A stretch of 64,000 nt of DNA from Candidatus Lloydbacteria bacterium (lineage in GTDB: Bacteria > Patescibacteriota > Minisyncoccia > Phycocordibacterales > UBA6899). The notes below the pieces were generated by a model. That model was not told the origin of the DNA, made no database searches, and worked only from the letters and a program-made list of their open reading frames with translations. This document shows positions 36,688 through 45,028 of the stretch, in pieces. The stretch's first letter is position 1. Each line of letters starts with the position of its first letter. Both the position numbers and the translations under genes were made by a program. The DNA is taken from contig JAYSTI010000001.1 in NCBI GenBank assembly GCA_043719805.1, positions 215,770-279,769 of the forward strand, written 5' to 3'.

Positions 36688-37398
36688 TTAGTTACGGGAC
36701 GCCCTAATAAATATAGATTGTGAGGCCATGCTCACAAGTGGAATTTTTTCGAACAGGTCGCCCATGACGATCGACGGGCGGATCAGGGATGCCGGAATCC
36801 CCGGTAGAAGAAAGTCCTTGTAATCAACTTGAATATTTTTGTACCCCGCGTGGTCGAGTTTTCTTGCTATAAAATTCTTTGAAAAGGCCATTTCGTCAGG
36901 TTCTAACTTTGCCTTATTGCGCAACCATGGGTAGGAAAATATCAGGTATACATATGGATTGTAAAAATTCGGTTCAAGAAAAATTATCTTGCCGTTCTCC
37001 TTAAGCAACGAACGCATGTTTGTGAGTGCTGCATCGAGGTGGTCATACAGATGATGCAAGATACCGTTCCCGACAATATAATCAAATTTCTCCCCTTTCC
37101 ATTCCTCCGCCTTATTAAAATCTAACGTCGCATAGCGCAAATTCGGCAACACAAATTTTTTCTGCGCCCCCTCGATAAAGGACACGGAGAGGTCGGTGCC
37201 AAGGACACTTGCCGGTGTTTTTTCTGCGATCCAAAAAGCAATTTCGCCCGTCCCGCACCCAATCTCAAGGATTGTCGTTTGTTCCGTCAGATTCATCTCG
37301 GAGAGGATCAGGTCGGCCCTTCTTCTCATCCGAACTTCCGTACTTTTGACGAGCCGAAAACCCTGATTGTACCCTCTCTCATCTCTGATACTTGCCAT
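36688..37398 (-). CDS. Class I SAM-dependent methyltransferase
   Basis: ILEIGCGTGEIAFWIAEK motif I, plus IVGNGILHHL. Confidence 0.75.
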   Translation of the reverse strand: MASIRDERGYNQGFRLVKSTEVRMRRRADLILSEMNLTEQTTILEIGCGTGEIAFWIAEKTPASVLGTDLSVSFIEGAQKKFVLPNLRYATLDFNKAEEWKGEKFDYIVGNGILHHLYDHLDAALTNMRSLLKENGKIIFLEPNFYNPYVYLIFSYPWLRNKAKLEPDEMAFSKNFIARKLDHAGYKNIQVDYKDFLLPGIPASLIRPSIVMGDLFEKIPLVSMASQSIFIRASRN

Positions 37399-37499
37399 AT
37401 CCCCACACTATAGCAAATGCCACTTATTCGACAATCTGTTCGACTTTTCTTGACTCTCGGTGAATGCTATGATTCCCATACTAATAACCCATCAATATT

Positions 37500-38465
37500 A
37501 TGCCTATTAAGGAAAAGAAAATCTCTGCAGTAGTCACATGCTATCGCGATGGGCAAGCTATTCCGGTCATGCACGAAAGACTTACAAAAGTCTTTCAAAA
37601 AATAGGGTGCCGATATGAGATAATCTTCGTGAACGACGGAAGTCCTGACAACTCGGAGGAGGTCTTGCGGGGCATTGCTGCAAAAGACAAGAACGCCATT
37701 GCAATATTCCACTCGCGAAACTTCAGCTCCCAAAATGCGTTTATGAGCGGAATGACTGTGTCGACGGGCGACGCAGTAGTTCTGCTCGACGGCGACCTTC
37801 AGGACCCCCCTGAGCTTATTGAACAATTCGCTGAAAAATGGCAGGAAGGATTCGACGTGGTGTACGGAGTTCGTACCAAGCGAGAGGCTCAACTCTTTCT
37901 CCAGATCGCCCCAAAACTTTTCTACCGACTATTCCGAAAGCTCGCGTACATTGAGATGCCACGTGATGCGGGGGACTTTTCGCTGATGAGCAGAAAGGTT
38001 GTCGATATTCTAGTCGCGATGCCCGAACGCGATATATTTGTTCGCGGGCTTCGTGCCTGGGTGGGATTCAAGCAGACTGGGGTTCCTTATTTTCGACCTG
38101 AGCGCATGTTCGGAAAAACCACCAACAACATGGTGCGAAACATTCGGTGGGCAAAAAAGGGGATTTTTTCTTTCTCCTATGAGCCCCTTGAATTTGTGTT
38201 TTACCTAGCCATTACCATATCTTTTCTTTCACTCCTTGCCATCATCTACTATGTTTCACTTTACTTTTATACGCCATCCGCACCGCGCGGCATCCCGACC
38301 ATCATCGTGCTCGTTCTCTTCTTTAGCAGCGTTCAGTTATTGAGCCTTAGCATTATCGGAGAATATCTTGGTCGAATTTTTGAGGAGGTAAAAAGCCGTC
38401 CAAAATTCATCGTTAAAGAGATTCTCAACAATCCGAGGAAGAGCGACGAGGGCGCACGCACTTAA
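37500..38465 (+). CDS. GT2 polyprenyl-phosphate glycosyltransferase (GtrB/DPM1-like)
   Basis: ISAVVTCYRDGQAI...EIIFVNDGSPDNS...VVLLDGDLQDPP...KT ... and two C-terminal TM helices. GtrA is encoded nearby. Confidence 0.8.
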   Translation: MPIKEKKISAVVTCYRDGQAIPVMHERLTKVFQKIGCRYEIIFVNDGSPDNSEEVLRGIAAKDKNAIAIFHSRNFSSQNAFMSGMTVSTGDAVVLLDGDLQDPPELIEQFAEKWQEGFDVVYGVRTKREAQLFLQIAPKLFYRLFRKLAYIEMPRDAGDFSLMSRKVVDILVAMPERDIFVRGLRAWVGFKQTGVPYFRPERMFGKTTNNMVRNIRWAKKGIFSFSYEPLEFVFYLAITISFLSLLAIIYYVSLYFYTPSAPRGIPTIIVLVLFFSSVQLLSLSIIGEYLGRIFEEVKSRPKFIVKEILNNPRKSDEGART

Positions 38466-38471
38466 TGCTTT

Positions 38472-40208
38472 CTATAAATTTTTTATCATATACGTTCCCT
38501 CGAGGACATATCCCAGCTTGCGGTAATACTCACGGACGCCGACACCGGAGATAACAGCTATTTTTTTGTATCCCCTTTCCTTGGCGATACGTTCTGCTTC
38601 CGCGAGAAGCCTTCGCCCGAAACCGACGTGCTGGCTTTGACTGCCGTCGCCGCCCACGCGCGTATGCCTCCCGTACGTGTGCAACTCGCGGATGAGTGCC
38701 GTGCCGCGAAGCACCGGCAGCACTGCGTCATCGCCATGATTATCCGGTAGACGAAGCCGCGTGAACGATACGAGCTTTCGCGCTGCTAAATCCTCGAAAC
38801 TCAAAAATTGTTCTTCGCCCGTTTTGGTTCGGTATGTGATGTTCGATAACGTAAAATCATCCGGATTAACCTCCCCCTCGCGTATCTCTCGACAGCGAAT
38901 GCATTTGCACTGCCAGCCATTTTTTTTCATGTCTTCGTCCATAGCCTGACGAAGATTCGAGACGTGACTTCCCGCCATGATGTACGTGGCCGGAATGTCA
39001 CGTATAACGCGTAAAATGCGCACATACGGAGGAACTTGCTGCTTTGCGCCCCGAAGCACGTCTATGAGCTCTGAGTCGGTATATGGCGTAAATCCGCCCG
39101 TTTTCCACGTCTCATACAGCTCGCTATTATCAAGGACCATGCATGGGTAGATCTTGAGCATATCCGGCTGAAAATCCTCACCGGAAAATAGTTCGCCGAA
39201 CATAGAAATGTCCCGAGCGATGGTACTCCCGGGAAGATTCGGCATCATGTGGTACACAATCTTGAATCCGGCGTTACGAAGCAACTCTGACGCACTTTTT
39301 ACGCGTGCGATTTTCATGTCGCGCTTTGTGAGCTTGAGTACGTCATCATCAAGATGCTGCACTCCAATCTCCACCTTCGTCACGCCAAACACGCGGAGTC
39401 GCTCAATTTCAAAATCAGTAATGTAGTCGGGGCGCGTCTCGATGGAGAGACCGATAATGCGCGATACTGCGCGTTCGTTCTCGTCCTGGAGCTTGAGGAG
39501 ATACGCAAGCCGGCCGCGCCCGTCCTGCTTTGCGGGATCGGGGTCTTCATATACTTCGGTGCGCGAGTCATTTCCCGTCCCGTAATCATTGCACGCACGA
39601 TAGCATCCGATCAAAAACTCCTCCTGATAAACTGGATGATAAAAACTCCACGTGCCTCCGATCACGATCATTTCGATCTTGTCGATGGGATGTCCGTTCT
39701 GCTCGAGCGCCTTCAGTCGGCTGGTGATCTGCATGTACGGGTCAAAGTCATTCGCGAGTGCACGTGCCGCAGCGGGCTCCTTGGCCAGATAGCTTTTGGG
39801 CATCGACACGTCGGTCGGACAATACGTGCACCGACCGGGGCACGCGAACGGCTTCGTGAGGAGCGACACGACGGCAACACCGGAATTCGATTTCGTCTTT
39901 ATTTTCCGCATCGCCATTTCCGCATCGATGCTGACTTCTTCGACGCCCTCTTTGACGAGCGCGCGATAAAGCGCAAGCACCTCGGATTTTGTCGGCATTT
40001 GAATGCTTCCATCCTGTTCATTTTTGACATTTCGGGATTCTCCCGTCTTCGTATAACTGTCGCCACTCTGTCGCATTTCACGAAGGCGCGCCGAAAGTAC
40101 CGCGTCTTTGACGATGCGTTTCTTGAGCTTTTCGACATCCAGATCAGTTTTGATATTTGCGAATAGCATGAATTCCATTACACTAGCAAAAAAATATACA
40201 AAACGCAC
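38472..40208 (-). CDS. ELP3-family radical-SAM/GNAT protein (Elongator Elp3 / tRNA U34 acetyltransferase-like)
   Basis: Radical-SAM CxxxCxxC cluster in FACPGRCTYCP. C-terminal GNAT (GFGRRLLAEAERIAKERGYKKIAV). 578 aa. Probable start at the internal Met MPTKSEV. Confidence 0.75.
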   Translation of the reverse strand: MRFVYFFASVMEFMLFANIKTDLDVEKLKKRIVKDAVLSARLREMRQSGDSYTKTGESRNVKNEQDGSIQMPTKSEVLALYRALVKEGVEEVSIDAEMAMRKIKTKSNSGVAVVSLLTKPFACPGRCTYCPTDVSMPKSYLAKEPAAARALANDFDPYMQITSRLKALEQNGHPIDKIEMIVIGGTWSFYHPVYQEEFLIGCYRACNDYGTGNDSRTEVYEDPDPAKQDGRGRLAYLLKLQDENERAVSRIIGLSIETRPDYITDFEIERLRVFGVTKVEIGVQHLDDDVLKLTKRDMKIARVKSASELLRNAGFKIVYHMMPNLPGSTIARDISMFGELFSGEDFQPDMLKIYPCMVLDNSELYETWKTGGFTPYTDSELIDVLRGAKQQVPPYVRILRVIRDIPATYIMAGSHVSNLRQAMDEDMKKNGWQCKCIRCREIREGEVNPDDFTLSNITYRTKTGEEQFLSFEDLAARKLVSFTRLRLPDNHGDDAVLPVLRGTALIRELHTYGRHTRVGGDGSQSQHVGFGRRLLAEAERIAKERGYKKIAVISGVGVREYYRKLGYVLEGTYMIKNL

Positions 40209-40213
40209 CAGTT

Positions 40214-41212
40214 TCAGTAGCGTGGGCCCATTGAGTTAATTTTTTGCATCAACTTTCTCGCATTCCCGTGTTTCATCATACCCAGATACGACTGCACGGT
40301 TTCCTGTCTACCTGCTTTCATTTTGATATTTTTGATCATCCTCCGCTTCGTCGCCGTACGCAGCACTCGATGGTCCGGGAAATGTACCCAACCGAGAAAA
40401 TCGACACCCGAGGCAAGCGTGCTAATACTCACCTTGTTGGGATGGAGCGCGAGGTGCAATCGAGACGAAAGAAATTTCTCTATGTTGGGTAATGGCTCAA
40501 TAAGTTCGTATCTGTCATTGCTCATAAATACGAAGTCGTCGGCGTAGCGTATGTAGTATTTCTGTCCAAGCTCGTGCTTCACAAATTGGTCAAATGCATT
40601 CATGTAAATATTCACGAGGAGCTGCGAGGTGAGATTGCCGAGTGGTAATCCCTTTCCATGCCCCGTGCTCTCAAAACTTTTTATGACACACTCGAGTAGC
40701 CACATCGTATCGTGATCGGGAACGCGTTGCACTAGGACAGTGAGCATTACTGCATGGTCGATAGACGCGAAGAATTTACGAATATCGCACTTCAGTATCC
40801 AGCATGTGCGTGTGTTGTTTTGGCTCACCTTCTGAGCAAAGGACTGAAAGCGCATGGTTGCCTTAAGTGTGCCCTTATTAACACGGCAAGAGTACGAATC
40901 GGCGATGAAAGTACGGTCAAAGAATGGATAGAGCATGCGGTGAATAGCGTGATGCAGGAGTCTATCGCGCACGGTGGCTTTGTGGATGTTGCGCGGTTTG
41001 GGGTCGTTTATAGAAAATGCTACATACGCACCATGTTGGTACTTCTTTGTGCACAAATCATCATGAAGCACGGAAATGTTGTGCGCAAGATGCAGCGCAA
41101 ACTCCATGACATCTTTTTTGTGCTTCTTGCCACGCACAAACTCACCCCATGCCTCATAAAGATTTTGGAGAGAAACGATGTCATCAAAGCAAGGTGGTGT
41201 ATTGTTCTTCAT
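40214..41212 (-). CDS. DGR reverse transcriptase
   Basis: RT motifs: RNIHKATVRDRLLHHAI (1), SYSCRVNKG (2), ILKCDIRKFFASIDH (A), GLPLGNLTSQLLVNIYMNAFD (B), YIRYADDFVF (C, YADD). About 330 aa. Adjacent Avd-like gene and TR. Start at MKNNTPP (41212) rather than 41257, which would overlap avd. Confidence 0.75.
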   Translation of the reverse strand: MKNNTPPCFDDIVSLQNLYEAWGEFVRGKKHKKDVMEFALHLAHNISVLHDDLCTKKYQHGAYVAFSINDPKPRNIHKATVRDRLLHHAIHRMLYPFFDRTFIADSYSCRVNKGTLKATMRFQSFAQKVSQNNTRTCWILKCDIRKFFASIDHAVMLTVLVQRVPDHDTMWLLECVIKSFESTGHGKGLPLGNLTSQLLVNIYMNAFDQFVKHELGQKYYIRYADDFVFMSNDRYELIEPLPNIEKFLSSRLHLALHPNKVSISTLASGVDFLGWVHFPDHRVLRTATKRRMIKNIKMKAGRQETVQSYLGMMKHGNARKLMQKINSMGPRY

Positions 41213-41229
41213 AATTATAGAATGGCCGC

Positions 41230-41598
41230 ATGACACACACACCGAGAGAGCTCCCATCCGTCATACTTAAACAAAAAGATGCATATGTGCTTTGGCTCAA
41301 ACTGCACAGGGATTTCCCAAAGGTTGAGCGGCTCGGCATTGGACAGAAAATAGAGCAATCATTTCTTGCGGTACTCGAATATACGTTTACCTCAGCTTAT
41401 CTTCCACCCAACCAAAAGATTGTCCTTCTTGGAAAAACTATTTCTCGGCTCGATGTACTCAAATTTTTTCTGCAGCTCGCATGGGAAAGTAAGCTCATCC
41501 CGACGGAAAAATATGCCGATCTTTCGGAGCGACTTGAAGAAATCGGTCGCATGCTCGGCGGATGGCGAAAAGGATTGCTCAACAAAACTCCCACCTGA
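41230..41598 (+). CDS. avd: Four-helix-bundle Avd-like (DGR accessory variability determinant / 23S-IVS protein family)
   Basis: 122 aa. Helical protein resembling Avd/IVS four-helix-bundle proteins (YVLWLKLHRDFPKVERLGIGQKIEQSFLAVLEYTFTSAY ... LDVLKFFLQLAWESKLI). Lies between the RT and the TR. Unusually, divergent from the RT. Confidence 0.6.
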   Translation: MTHTPRELPSVILKQKDAYVLWLKLHRDFPKVERLGIGQKIEQSFLAVLEYTFTSAYLPPNQKIVLLGKTISRLDVLKFFLQLAWESKLIPTEKYADLSERLEEIGRMLGGWRKGLLNKTPT

Positions 41599-41618
41599 CA
41601 TCGGTGGGAGAAATAGTT

Positions 41619-41745
41619 AGTTTCGGAAGCACCACGCGATTGCGGTTCTCGGCATTCCACACGTTGTCGTTCGCGAAGGGGTTCACGTTCACCCTCAATC
41701 TCTCATCGGAGTTCCGGTTCACGTTGGCGACGAAATTTTCTGTGC
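41619..41745 (-). repeat. DGR template repeat (TR)
   Basis: 127 bp, 111 of 127 identical to 42063-42189. On the minus (sense) strand it reads ...ENFVANVNRNSDERLRVNVNPFANDNVWNAENRNRVVLPKL, rich in AAC (Asn) codons. All 16 differences from the VR fall at TR adenines. Confidence 0.85.
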
Positions 41746-42037
41746 GATACACCATCTGTGCCACCACCCATTGAGTACTCTTTGGGCTGTATCGTATCTG
41801 AGACTTCAAAGTCCTCCAGTGTATCGCACCAACTGACTATATTTTTGTTTCTTGAAAATAGATCCACCCTTTTGCGAGACGTATCCGGCAAAATACCCAA
41901 ATATATTTTCACACAATCATCGTGCCCGAGCCATGACCGGAGCACTGCGGATATATTGCCCTATAATGATACACGAGTATACAAAAAACCCTCAGACCTT
42001 GCCAATGCAAGTGTCCAAGGGTCGAAGAGTCAAAGGG

Positions 42038-42703
42038 TCAAGAGCTCTGCGCAGAAGCGTCCAGTTGCGGAAGCACCACGCGATAGCGGTTCTCGGCAAA
42101 CCACACGTTGCCGCTCGCGAAGGGGTACACGTACACCCCCAATCTCTCATCGGAGTACCGGTACACGTCGGCGACGAAAAACTCGGTGCCCACCGTGAAC
42201 GGAAGGAAGGTCGCCCAACCCTTCGGATGGAGCCACTTTGCGTGGTGCTCGACGAATGCAATCACCTGATCTTGGTTGAAAAAATTCGTGACGCCAGCGA
42301 ACATATCCTTGAAGGTGCTGTTGCGCACAAGCTCGTGGACCGCAATGCGCGTTACGCCAGTTGATGCCGACAGTACATCGAGTGCCGTGAAGCCGGAGTC
42401 GATGTGCCCAGGGAAGGTGCGCTTCGCCAGCGCAATCGACCGCAGCCCATCGGTTGCAGGGAGCATCAGCACGTTGTCACCGGAGAGGAGGCGGAGGTGG
42501 GGTTTGGGTGCCACGGGGACAGGTCGCGCATCGAGTCCGAGAAGCTTCAGTATCGCAGGCATGTTGCTGAAATCTGCCATGGGGTTGAGCGCAGCGGCGA
42601 TGATTCCACTGCCGTATGCGCGCTGAATGCTTTCGGCAGTTGCGCCTTGCTCCTCTCCTGTTTCGATGTACTTCTTCACTTGTCCGCCTGTCATTGTGCT
42701 CAT
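42038..42703 (-). CDS. DGR target (variable) protein, C-type-lectin/FGE-like C-terminus expected
   Basis: 221 aa. C-terminal GTEFFVADVYRYSDERLGVYVYPFASGNVWFAENRYRVVLPQL is encoded by the VR. The stop is 25 bp past the VR end. Confidence 0.75.
   Translation of the reverse strand: MSTMTGGQVKKYIETGEEQGATAESIQRAYGSGIIAAALNPMADFSNMPAILKLLGLDARPVPVAPKPHLRLLSGDNVLMLPATDGLRSIALAKRTFPGHIDSGFTALDVLSASTGVTRIAVHELVRNSTFKDMFAGVTNFFNQDQVIAFVEHHAKWLHPKGWATFLPFTVGTEFFVADVYRYSDERLGVYVYPFASGNVWFAENRYRVVLPQLDASAQSS
42063..42189 (-). repeat. DGR variable repeat (VR) at the 3' end of the target gene
   Basis: Aligns gap-free with the TR at an offset of +444. Mismatches only where the TR has A on the sense strand. 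TR Asn codons correspond to Y/D/S/F/G/Q in the VR. Confidence 0.85.
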
Positions 42704-42769
42704 GTGGATTCTCCAGTATGAACGCCGTCTCTTGCGAGGGGCATGTGCTCGTGCCTTACCGAATTTGGT

Positions 42770-42868
42770 TGCGCCAGAGCAGAAAATGGCTGACTCTGTG
42801 GGGGATTTGGAGATTAAAACTCCAAATACCCCGAGTGGAACTTAGTCCGCAATTTTCTGCTCTGGCGC
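42770..42868. repeat. Nested inverted repeat: outer 17-bp perfect arms enclosing an inner 12-bp hairpin
   Basis: Outer arms gcgccagagcagaaaat ... attttctgctctggcgc. Inner hairpin ggggatttggag-attaaaa-ctccaaatacccc. Lies in the intergenic region between the DGR target start and the plus-strand methyltransferase. Confidence 0.5.
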
Positions 42869-42967
42869 ACACTTTATACTCAACGAACATATGTGGAAAT
42901 TTACCATAATTTAGCCATTTTGTCAACTTCTTTTCATGGTTAGCTCAATTACACTAGTGGAACAAGC

Positions 42968-43663
42968 ATGAAGCGTGAAGTAGCAGAAAAAAAGGCAAAA
43001 GAAACCCAACATTCCTACGACCAAATGGCGAAGGAATTTTCCGACAGCCGTGCGCACTTTTGGGATGAGCTGGCATTCCTTGCCGAACACATCCTGCGCG
43101 ATGACCACGTACTCGACATCGGATGCGGGAACGGACGTTTTGCGCCGCTCGTAGCCCTGCGTCACGCACACTATGGCGGCGTCGACTATTCAACGGAGCT
43201 CATAAAAGCAGCGAAACAAAAATTTCCGCAGGGCACGTTCACCGTGGGTGACGCGACGGCACTCCCCTTTCCAGATAATAGTTTTGATATCGCATTTTCC
43301 TTTGCGGTCATCCATCACATGCCGGGCAAGGAGGCCCGAAGCGCATTCGTTCGAGAAGCACTCCGCGTGCTACACCCCGGAGGAAAACTCATCATCACTT
43401 CTTGGGACCTGTGGTCAAAAAAATATATCGGGAGACTACTCCAAAGCGCAATCGGCTCCATGCTTCAGGTCAATGCTATGGACCTGCGGGATGTCATGCT
43501 TACCTTCGGACAAAAGAAACAACCGCGCTATGTCCACGCATTCACCGTGTCCGAACTACGCGCACTCCTAGAGTCGAACGGGTTGGAAGTCTTGGGTATC
43601 GATACTGTCTCCCGCGGAAGCGGAGAAAGAAATATTGTTTTGGTCGCACAGAAGCCGATATAG
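42968..43663 (+). CDS. Class I SAM-dependent methyltransferase (UbiE/Methyltransf_11-like)
   Basis: VLDIGCGNGRF motif I, IAFSFAVIHHM, LHPGGKL. Confidence 0.75.
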   Translation: MKREVAEKKAKETQHSYDQMAKEFSDSRAHFWDELAFLAEHILRDDHVLDIGCGNGRFAPLVALRHAHYGGVDYSTELIKAAKQKFPQGTFTVGDATALPFPDNSFDIAFSFAVIHHMPGKEARSAFVREALRVLHPGGKLIITSWDLWSKKYIGRLLQSAIGSMLQVNAMDLRDVMLTFGQKKQPRYVHAFTVSELRALLESNGLEVLGIDTVSRGSGERNIVLVAQKPI

Positions 43664-43667
43664 ATGC

Positions 43668-44747
43668 TTATTTTTGATTGGAGGTGAGGGCTTCTATTGA
43701 CGCAATGTCTTCGCCGGTCTCTTCGTAGACGTCGGCGAGCTTGACGAGGTCTTCGCCTGCGCGGGCGTATGCTGCTTCAAGGGTCGGTAGGTCGTCTTTT
43801 TCGCGCGCCAGTCCCATTGCTTCGATGTCATCACCTTCTTTCATGAACGCTTCCTGCATGTGTGAAATGTCCTCATCGACTTTTCCGTACACCGCATCAA
43901 GAATATCGAGATCCTTTCCGGAACTGCGGAGCAACTGATTATTTTTTGTTTCAAGGGCACGAAGTAGAGTAATTGCCGCTTTGTCGTGTCCGAGATTTTG
44001 CTCAAACATCTGCCTAAATGCGGCGAAATCCTTGAGGAAGCAATGCCCACCCGCACCACGCCCGGCGACTTCTCCCATGTGTTTGATCTGGTGAAGCGGC
44101 TGCATGTGTGACGTGCCGATGCGCGGATCAGCGGTCATGTTCTTGGCAACGGTGTCCCACGTCGCACCGTGCTGCATCGCGATGTCGTACATGAGATTCA
44201 TAAAGATCACTTTGACGAAAAGAAAATTATTGCTTCCGTACTTCGTGAGTTCCGCTTCGGAGGCTTTGCAAATGGCGTTGTAGGGAGCTTCGGGAAATAT
44301 GTCCATCACTTCCTGTGCCTTTACCTGCCATGTTTCATGATCGACGAACGGAGAAGGGATGCCGACGATGTTGCGATCAGGTTTGTCGATATCGCGACGT
44401 ACTGATACTTCGCGCAAAAATTCCGGGGAATGCATGACGAAGCGGTCGGGGTAGAGCGCCGCGAGTGCATCGGTCGTGCCGGGGAGGATGGTGGACTTGA
44501 TGACGGCGGTCTTTCCCGGACCGACGATGGAAAGAACGGAGCGAATGATCCGGTCGTCGAAACCCTCCGGAGTTGAAGGTGTGGGCACCGCGATGAAAAC
44601 AATGTCGCAGAGAGCGATGGCGTCTTTGTTGCCCTCGAACTCCGGCTCTTTGGCATAACGAACAATATCAAAACCACGGTCCTCAAAATGGTCCGCGAGA
44701 TTTTTCCCTATCCACCCCTGTCCGATAAATCCGATCTTTGTGCTCAT
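43668..44747 (-). CDS. NDP-sugar dehydrogenase-like protein lacking the usual C-terminal UDP-binding domain, with an acidic repeat tail
   Basis: KIGFIGQGWIGKNLA Rossmann motif, AVPTP, SPEFLREV, catalytic GGHCFLKD. The tail DLDILDAVYGKVDEDISHMQEAFMKEGDDIEAMGLAREKDDLPTLEAAYARAGEDLVKLADVYEETGEDIASIEAL is an imperfect repeat of about 15 aa. Start at MSTKIG (44747); the ORF-track start is 44999. Confidence 0.65.
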   Translation of the reverse strand: MSTKIGFIGQGWIGKNLADHFEDRGFDIVRYAKEPEFEGNKDAIALCDIVFIAVPTPSTPEGFDDRIIRSVLSIVGPGKTAVIKSTILPGTTDALAALYPDRFVMHSPEFLREVSVRRDIDKPDRNIVGIPSPFVDHETWQVKAQEVMDIFPEAPYNAICKASEAELTKYGSNNFLFVKVIFMNLMYDIAMQHGATWDTVAKNMTADPRIGTSHMQPLHQIKHMGEVAGRGAGGHCFLKDFAAFRQMFEQNLGHDKAAITLLRALETKNNQLLRSSGKDLDILDAVYGKVDEDISHMQEAFMKEGDDIEAMGLAREKDDLPTLEAAYARAGEDLVKLADVYEETGEDIASIEALTSNQK

Positions 44748-45028
44748 ATGTATGGTAACCGCGCACAAACGCAAAACGTCACGCGCGACTAATGTCGACA
44801 TAGTAAATGAGGATGTTGTGTAATGCAAACATGGACGCATGGAAAGGTGTGCTCGAAGGGCAAGGCCCAAATTGCGAGAATCACATACTTGGTATATTCT
44901 TTTAGGACTTACGCAAATGGATAAAATTCGAGGCGTGGGGAAGGCGTCGAGGAAGACATATTCATATATGTTAACCGAGGTGCCGGAGCCCCACAACAAA
45001 GAAGTTCGCCATTTTCGAAAGTCCTACT

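Noticed and set aside
40214-41257. The RT as a group II intron or retron reverse transcriptase
   Set aside because: No intron RNA domain V/VI-like structure or maturase/endonuclease domain follows the RT. No retron msr/msd-like inverted repeats lie upstream. Instead, an Avd-like gene and a TR/VR pair with adenine-specific mismatches are present, so it is a DGR.
41579-41809. A minus-strand ORF of 76 aa overlapping the template repeat
   Set aside because: It is the pseudo-translation of the DGR template repeat (Asn-rich, AAC codons), not an independent protein-coding gene.
42040-42060. A DGR homing hairpin/cruciform downstream of the VR
   Set aside because: Only a weak 10-bp palindrome (tctgcgcaga) is present within the last codons of the target gene. 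This is not convincing as the GC-rich stem-loop seen in characterised DGRs, so it is not called as a feature.
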